In this document: positions 35,186-39,187 of the stretch, in pieces | Layout of the letters: each line of letters starts with the position of its first letter | How positions within the stretch are numbered: position 1 is the stretch's first letter | From: a virus | Reading direction: 5' to 3' (one strand) | UHGV virus genome: UHGV-0864147 | Length of the DNA: 39,187 nucleotides | Made by a program: the position numbers and the translations under genes | The notes under the pieces: model-generated | Database searches by the model: none | What the model was told of the DNA's origin: nothing | Seen by the model: only the letters and a program-made list of their open reading frames with translations

Positions 35186-35887
35186 TTATTTGCCATAGAG
35201 CACTTCGGCCGCACTACGCTGGCCTTCATTACCACCGGTGACCATGCCATCTTCAGACATCGCCTTTCCGATTTTCACGAACGTTTTGACCAGATCAGGG
35301 TGATTACCCAGCCCGGTGGTGTTCAGATATTCTTTGAGCTCAGGTGTCCCGAACTGGTCAAGCGCACGCTGTGCGGCGCTAAGGTTAGAAATCAACTTGT
35401 CGCCACCGATTTCTTTGTCAGCTTTTACATCCGCAGCCCACTGCTCGGTTGTTTTCTGCCAGGCTTCTGCCTGGCGCTGCTGAACACCTGCCAGAATCTT
35501 CGGATAAGCATCAACCAGCTTTTGCGCTTGCTCGTTGGTCAGGTTAAGTTCTCGCGCCACAGGCTCGAATTCCTTCAACGCTTCTGTATCCAGCTCTACG
35601 CCTTCGGCAGCCTGAAACTCGTACTTCTCAGGCGCACCCTCTGGTTTATTACCGTCCTTTTTTTCATCCTGCTTATCGTTTTCAGGCTTTTTGTCATCAG
35701 CAGGTTTATCGCCATCAGCAACAGGTTGTGGCTTATCACCTTCCTGTTGTGATGGATCACCAACTGGAGCAGGGTTATCACCTGCAGGCGCTGACGGTTC
35801 TGACGCAGCCGGAGCTGCTCCACCATCGACTGGTTGCTCATTGCAAAGACGGCGATACAGCAAACGCTCAAATAAATTCATGATCAC
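35186..35887 (-). CDS. scaffolding protein
   Basis: 233 aa, highly acidic Pro/Asp/Lys-rich low-complexity N-half with helical C-half, between portal and capsid. Confidence 0.6.
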   Translation of the reverse strand: MIMNLFERLLYRRLCNEQPVDGGAAPAASEPSAPAGDNPAPVGDPSQQEGDKPQPVADGDKPADDKKPENDKQDEKKDGNKPEGAPEKYEFQAAEGVELDTEALKEFEPVARELNLTNEQAQKLVDAYPKILAGVQQRQAEAWQKTTEQWAADVKADKEIGGDKLISNLSAAQRALDQFGTPELKEYLNTTGLGNHPDLVKTFVKIGKAMSEDGMVTGGNEGQRSAAEVLYGK

Positions 35888-36180
35888 TCCTGTTCACTGG
35901 CCTCTTTGGCCATCTTCAAATACTGTTCAGGGCAATGCGCCATAACGCGCTGAAACAGTTCCAGCGCCAGATTGCGTTGCCCCTCATTAAACGCCATTGC
36001 CATAGCGTCCATCGGTGAGATAGCGGAAAACACACGGCCTTTCTCCAGCACCGACCAGACAACGCGACGCCCCTGTTCACTGCTCATGACAAAGCGAATG
36101 TCATCAATTTCACGCTGCGCCATGTCACGTTGCTTACGGGCGTTTTCTTCTTTCAGTTGATCGTCTTCGTAATCTGTCAT
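35884..36180 (-). CDS. hypothetical protein
   Basis: 98 aa, coupled to portal and scaffold genes. Confidence 0.4.
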   Translation of the reverse strand: MTDYEDDQLKEENARKQRDMAQREIDDIRFVMSSEQGRRVVWSVLEKGRVFSAISPMDAMAMAFNEGQRNLALELFQRVMAHCPEQYLKMAKEASEQE

Positions 36181-37856
36181 TGTGATTGCCCACCCTGACC
36201 ACTAACTGCATTCGCCATAGCTGACAACACACTCGGATCCGAAGTTTTAGCTTCGCTTAGCGTCTTGGCACCCTGTGCCGCAGCCATCCCCATCGCCATC
36301 ATTTGTTGCTGCTGTTGCTGCTGTGCCCGTTGCTGGCGAGCCTGCTCAACCTGTTCCTGCGGAACAATGACGGTTGGAGACACTCCAGACATATCAGCGA
36401 ATGCATCGATTGCCTGATCAACGTTGAGTTTGTCGAGAGCTTCTGGTTTCGCTTGCGCAAGTTGACCAATGAAGTTGACCGTAGACGCCAGACTGGACAG
36501 GCCGATAGACTTCTGCGCCTGAGCCATGACGGAAATGTATTCGACCTTCAGGGGCATACCTTCCATCGCGTCAGGCGGGGGCGGCAGCATGTTTTTACGC
36601 ACCATCATCGAGAAAGAGCGGTCAATGAGAGGATTAAGACATTCGTCGTTCAGACGCTCCAGAACCGGCCCCAACATCAGAAGTTTTTCTTCTTTCATTT
36701 CGATCACCGCTTCAACAGGCATCGAGCGGGTATTGATGTTCTGCAACATCATGAACAGATCGACAAAGTAGGCGCTGTTAATGATTTGACGAGTGTCCTG
36801 AATGTCTGCCACCAAATCTGCTGTACTGGGGTTAACCAGATAAGCAGGCCTGAAGCCATCCTGACCAGTAATCTGATCGATATACGTGATGTCGCCAGGA
36901 AGAAGGGAGGCGCGCTGATTCTTGAGGGAAATCGGAGCAACCATCGGCGGATTGGTGGCTTTATCAATCAACTGCGACTTGCGCTTCTGGAGAAGCTGCA
37001 ATGCCTTAACAGGTCCAAGCGCCAGCATACCCGGGCATGATGATCCATAAACATCTTCGCCGTTAACTTCCCAGCGCGGAGCCATAATTGGAAACTCATC
37101 GAATCCGGACTCACGCAACAACCTGTCGTTATCGCCACCAACCTCGTAATAAACCGATTTGAATGGCTTGTTCTTGCTATCCAGCTTCGATGTATCGCGG
37201 TCAATGTTCGGGTAAACCGAATGCATCACTTCAATCCGCTTCTCGTAGGTGCCGCTTTCCCACATGCTTTTTACGGATTCGCTGACGTTATTTAGTCCGA
37301 ACTCCTGAACAAGCTGACGAACAGTCATAGAGAACTTGCGAAAACAGGTGTCCACACTGCCACGAGGTGAGTTAGCCAGGTAGTAACTTCCTATCGGGAA
37401 TGGCATTGTACGAATGATGTCCTCGTCATCCTCCAGCACCGCCATTGCGCCAGTGCTGTATGTGCCGAGGCTTCCGTATAACTGCGGCAGCGACTGATAG
37501 AGATTCGACTTATTGAACATATCGTTCATGCGGTTCTGCACCGCCTCAAGCCACAACTTAACAGGGCCATAATCCATCATTTCAGGATCTGGCGTAGCCA
37601 GGCGAAACCACGGACGCGCGGGGCTTGTGATGCCTGACATCATGCCGCTGGCGAGAGTGCGCGCCGCCATAGTCCCGGTCGAATCAATAATGCGTGTATT
37701 GCGTCGATCGTTACGGTTGACCTCAGAAGTCAGAAAGCGGGAACCACGCGGGTTGATGTAATCACTCAACTCGCGCCAGTGCGGCTCGAACGACTGACGC
37801 TCGCTTTCAAGTTGTGCGAACTGTTTGTTCAATCGCTCTTTAGTTGTTTCCGCCAT
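36177..37856 (-). CDS. portal (head-to-tail connector) protein
   Basis: 559 aa, first large gene of structural operon, Gln-rich C-terminal tail. Confidence 0.75.
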   Translation of the reverse strand: MAETTKERLNKQFAQLESERQSFEPHWRELSDYINPRGSRFLTSEVNRNDRRNTRIIDSTGTMAARTLASGMMSGITSPARPWFRLATPDPEMMDYGPVKLWLEAVQNRMNDMFNKSNLYQSLPQLYGSLGTYSTGAMAVLEDDEDIIRTMPFPIGSYYLANSPRGSVDTCFRKFSMTVRQLVQEFGLNNVSESVKSMWESGTYEKRIEVMHSVYPNIDRDTSKLDSKNKPFKSVYYEVGGDNDRLLRESGFDEFPIMAPRWEVNGEDVYGSSCPGMLALGPVKALQLLQKRKSQLIDKATNPPMVAPISLKNQRASLLPGDITYIDQITGQDGFRPAYLVNPSTADLVADIQDTRQIINSAYFVDLFMMLQNINTRSMPVEAVIEMKEEKLLMLGPVLERLNDECLNPLIDRSFSMMVRKNMLPPPPDAMEGMPLKVEYISVMAQAQKSIGLSSLASTVNFIGQLAQAKPEALDKLNVDQAIDAFADMSGVSPTVIVPQEQVEQARQQRAQQQQQQQMMAMGMAAAQGAKTLSEAKTSDPSVLSAMANAVSGQGGQSQ

Positions 37857-37870
37857 TTCAATGACTCCGG

Positions 37871-38077
37871 TTACTGACCAAGCAGCGTTTTACCGCTGGT
37901 ATTAGCGGTTGATGTGTCGCCCTGAGAACCGGTAAGCAGCGTAGAACTACGACCAGCAGCAGCGCGACGGCGACGTGTTTCTTCGTCGCGGGCATCAACA
38001 ACGGCGGCATCCTGCTCCTGTGGTGCTGCCTGAACTTCTGGTGTTGCAGGCACTGATGGTGAGCTACCCATGCACAT
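37871..38077 (-). CDS. hypothetical small protein
   Basis: 68 aa, GGAG 10 nt upstream of ATG; alternative overlapping frame 37858..38097 less likely. Confidence 0.3.
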   Translation of the reverse strand: MCMGSSPSVPATPEVQAAPQEQDAAVVDARDEETRRRRAAAGRSSTLLTGSQGDTSTANTSGKTLLGQ

Positions 38078-38145
38078 ATCAATGACTCCGTACGCAATTA
38101 AATTATTACCAATTTAACCACATATGATTTATTTATCGTAGAAGG

Positions 38146-38182
38146 TTGACATTTAACGCGTGAATTATTACCTTTCAGGTAA
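38146..38182 (+). promoter_or_regulatory. TTGACA -35-like hexamer with TTACC-N5-GGTAA site 38168-38182
   Basis: Perfect operator-like repeat 17 bp downstream of consensus -35 hexamer; on same strand as tRNA. Confidence 0.4.
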
Positions 38183-38504
38183 CCAAAGAGCTCATTCTGG
38201 TTACTAACCTGACTGGCTTGTCGTTAAATTAAACAGGTGGAGTGAGCTTTTATTTTGAGCAGTACGGCGTATGGCACATGCGCCGATAGCGGTCTGGATA
38301 CGTTTAAGGGGCACCCTCCCTTGCTCGGGCAAACGAACCAGGTAGCCGGAATGTGCAAGTCGAGCGGTTTTATTCCGCGCACGGGGATTCACCATCCCGG
38401 CGATTCGGTGTGACGCCTCGGAAGAGACGAGGGTACAACGATGAGAGCATTTATGGAGCCGCGACAAAGTGTGGCGCCTTAACAGGCTAAGTGCTCTCAG
38501 CGTT

Positions 38505-38581
38505 GTGGCATTAGCTCAGTTGGACAGAGCAACCGCCTTCTAAGCGGTTGGTCGCAGGTTCGAATCCTGCATGCCACGCCA
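38505..38581 (+). tRNA. tRNA-Arg (anticodon UCU)
   Basis: 77 nt cloverleaf: acceptor GTGGCAT/ATGCCAC, D-arm GCTC..GAGC, anticodon stem ACCGC/GCGGT with loop CTTCTAA, T-arm GCAGG TTCGAAT CCTGC, encoded CCA. Confidence 0.85.
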
Positions 38582-38623
38582 GAATCACGCCTAAGGACCG
38601 TGATGCCAGAAGTTCCAGGTGCT

Positions 38624-38665
38624 TGGCGGTGATGGTTTCCCTTGAAGGACTATCACCGCCCTTTT
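38624..38665 (+). terminator. terminator downstream of tRNA
   Basis: GGCGGTGAT 18-nt loop ATCACCGCC followed by CTTTTT. Confidence 0.55.
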
Positions 38666-38744
38666 TACAGCAGGACGCCATTGCGATGACTTCATGCTGT
38701 AAACCCGTACAGCCACGGAAGGCATAACTCATTGCTTCCAGTTC

Positions 38745-38768
38745 GCCCGGTTCGCCGGGCATTTTTTT
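38745..38768 (+). terminator. intrinsic terminator
   Basis: GCCCGG TTCG CCGGGC followed by ATTTTTTT. Confidence 0.7.
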
Positions 38769-38784
38769 GCTTGATGACCGCAAA

Positions 38785-38802
38785 TTACCTTAAAGGTATA
38801 AT
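38785..38802. promoter_or_regulatory. TTACC-N5-GGTAT site overlapping TATAAT hexamer and SD of moron ORF
   Basis: 9/10 arm match; AAGGT within site sits 6 nt before ATG 38804. Confidence 0.4.
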
Positions 38803-38803
38803 C

Positions 38804-39187
38804 ATGAAAAACTTCAAGGTAATTAGCATGTTTGAATCGTTTAAAGAGCTGTTTTTATCTACTGCCAATACTGCCGTGAATCGAGCCAAAAACCCTGTGC
38901 TTGGTGCTTTTGTTATGTCCTGGTGCGCCTTCAACTGGAAATCAATTCTTTATCTATTTTTTAGCAAATCAAACATAATAGATAAAATTTCATATATCTC
39001 AGATAACAGCACATGGAAAACTGTTATGTTTTATCCATGCTTATCTGTAATTGCTATCTGCTGCCTATTACCATGGGTAAACAATATCATTAACGTATGG
39101 CAAGCAAAGCCTCTTGATAATAATCACTCAATCGAAAATCACCTGAAGGCAAGAAAAATCCAGCGTGAAACCAGACTGCAGAGGTTA
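38804..39187 (+). CDS. N-terminal part of AT-rich moron ORF (two predicted TM helices), open to window end
   Basis: ATG 38804 with AAGGT SD; 128 codons without stop to base 39187; in frame with ORF at 1..435. Confidence 0.4.
   Translation, partial: MKNFKVISMFESFKELFLSTANTAVNRAKNPVLGAFVMSWCAFNWKSILYLFFSKSNIIDKISYISDNSTWKTVMFYPCLSVIAICCLLPWVNNIINVWQAKPLDNNHSIENHLKARKIQRETRLQRL

Noticed and set aside
36303-37040. 245-aa plus-strand ORF and other antisense ORFs within portal and virion genes (for example 24839..25219, 25355..25831, 28220..28837, 31928..32617)
   Set aside because: Antisense to long, coupled structural genes; low-complexity translations; no SD or operon context.
38505-38581. tRNA as integrase attachment site
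   Set aside because: The tRNA is complete with CCA and lies 24 kb from int; the int-proximal region carries its own repeat structure.
38204-38783. Minus-strand ORFs 38204..38467 and 38511..38783
   Set aside because: No SD; the second overlaps the tRNA and its terminators; region interpreted as non-coding.
38797-38802. Perfect TATAAT hexamer as the -10 of the moron promoter
   Set aside because: It ends 1 bp before ATG 38804, leaving no room for a leader or SD unless the gene starts at the second ATG (38828); kept only as an ambiguity.
1-39187. Integrated prophage boundaries or flanking host genes
   Set aside because: No host-like genes at either end; integrase is internal and the end ORFs join in frame, so the window looks like a permuted free phage genome.
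1-39187. rRNA genes, insertion sequences or transposases
   Set aside because: No terminal inverted repeats bracketing a transposase-like ORF and no rRNA-like conserved blocks were seen.

Overview
The window reads as a near-complete temperate phage genome (about 39 kb), circularly permuted and mostly in reverse orientation, with no recognisable host flanks. All calls rest on reading the supplied ORF translations and the raw sequence; no database search was possible, so family names are motif-based recollections. Layout: a lambdoid-style control region (non-cleavable dual-HTH repressor divergent from a Cro-like gene, with operator clusters), a minus-strand replication operon (O-like initiator with internal iterons, lambda P-like helicase loader), a plus-strand recombination/integration operon (exonuclease, RecT, AlpA-like, MT-A70 methyltransferase) converging on a tyrosine integrase, a lysis cassette (two holin-like proteins, GH19 endolysin, Rz with embedded Rz1), a tailspike with an SGNH/GDSL esterase domain, and a structural module (portal, scaffold, major capsid, several 600-860 aa virion proteins) ending in terminase genes. 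Most notable: (1) a near-consensus LexA box upstream of a small ORF plus Bro-N antirepressor, separated by a highly structured leader; (2) a 15-bp inverted repeat TTACC-N5-GGTAA present at 16 intergenic sites; (3) an ORF that continues in frame across the window ends; (4) a phage-encoded tRNA-Arg(UCU); (5) AT-rich membrane-protein morons of unknown function.
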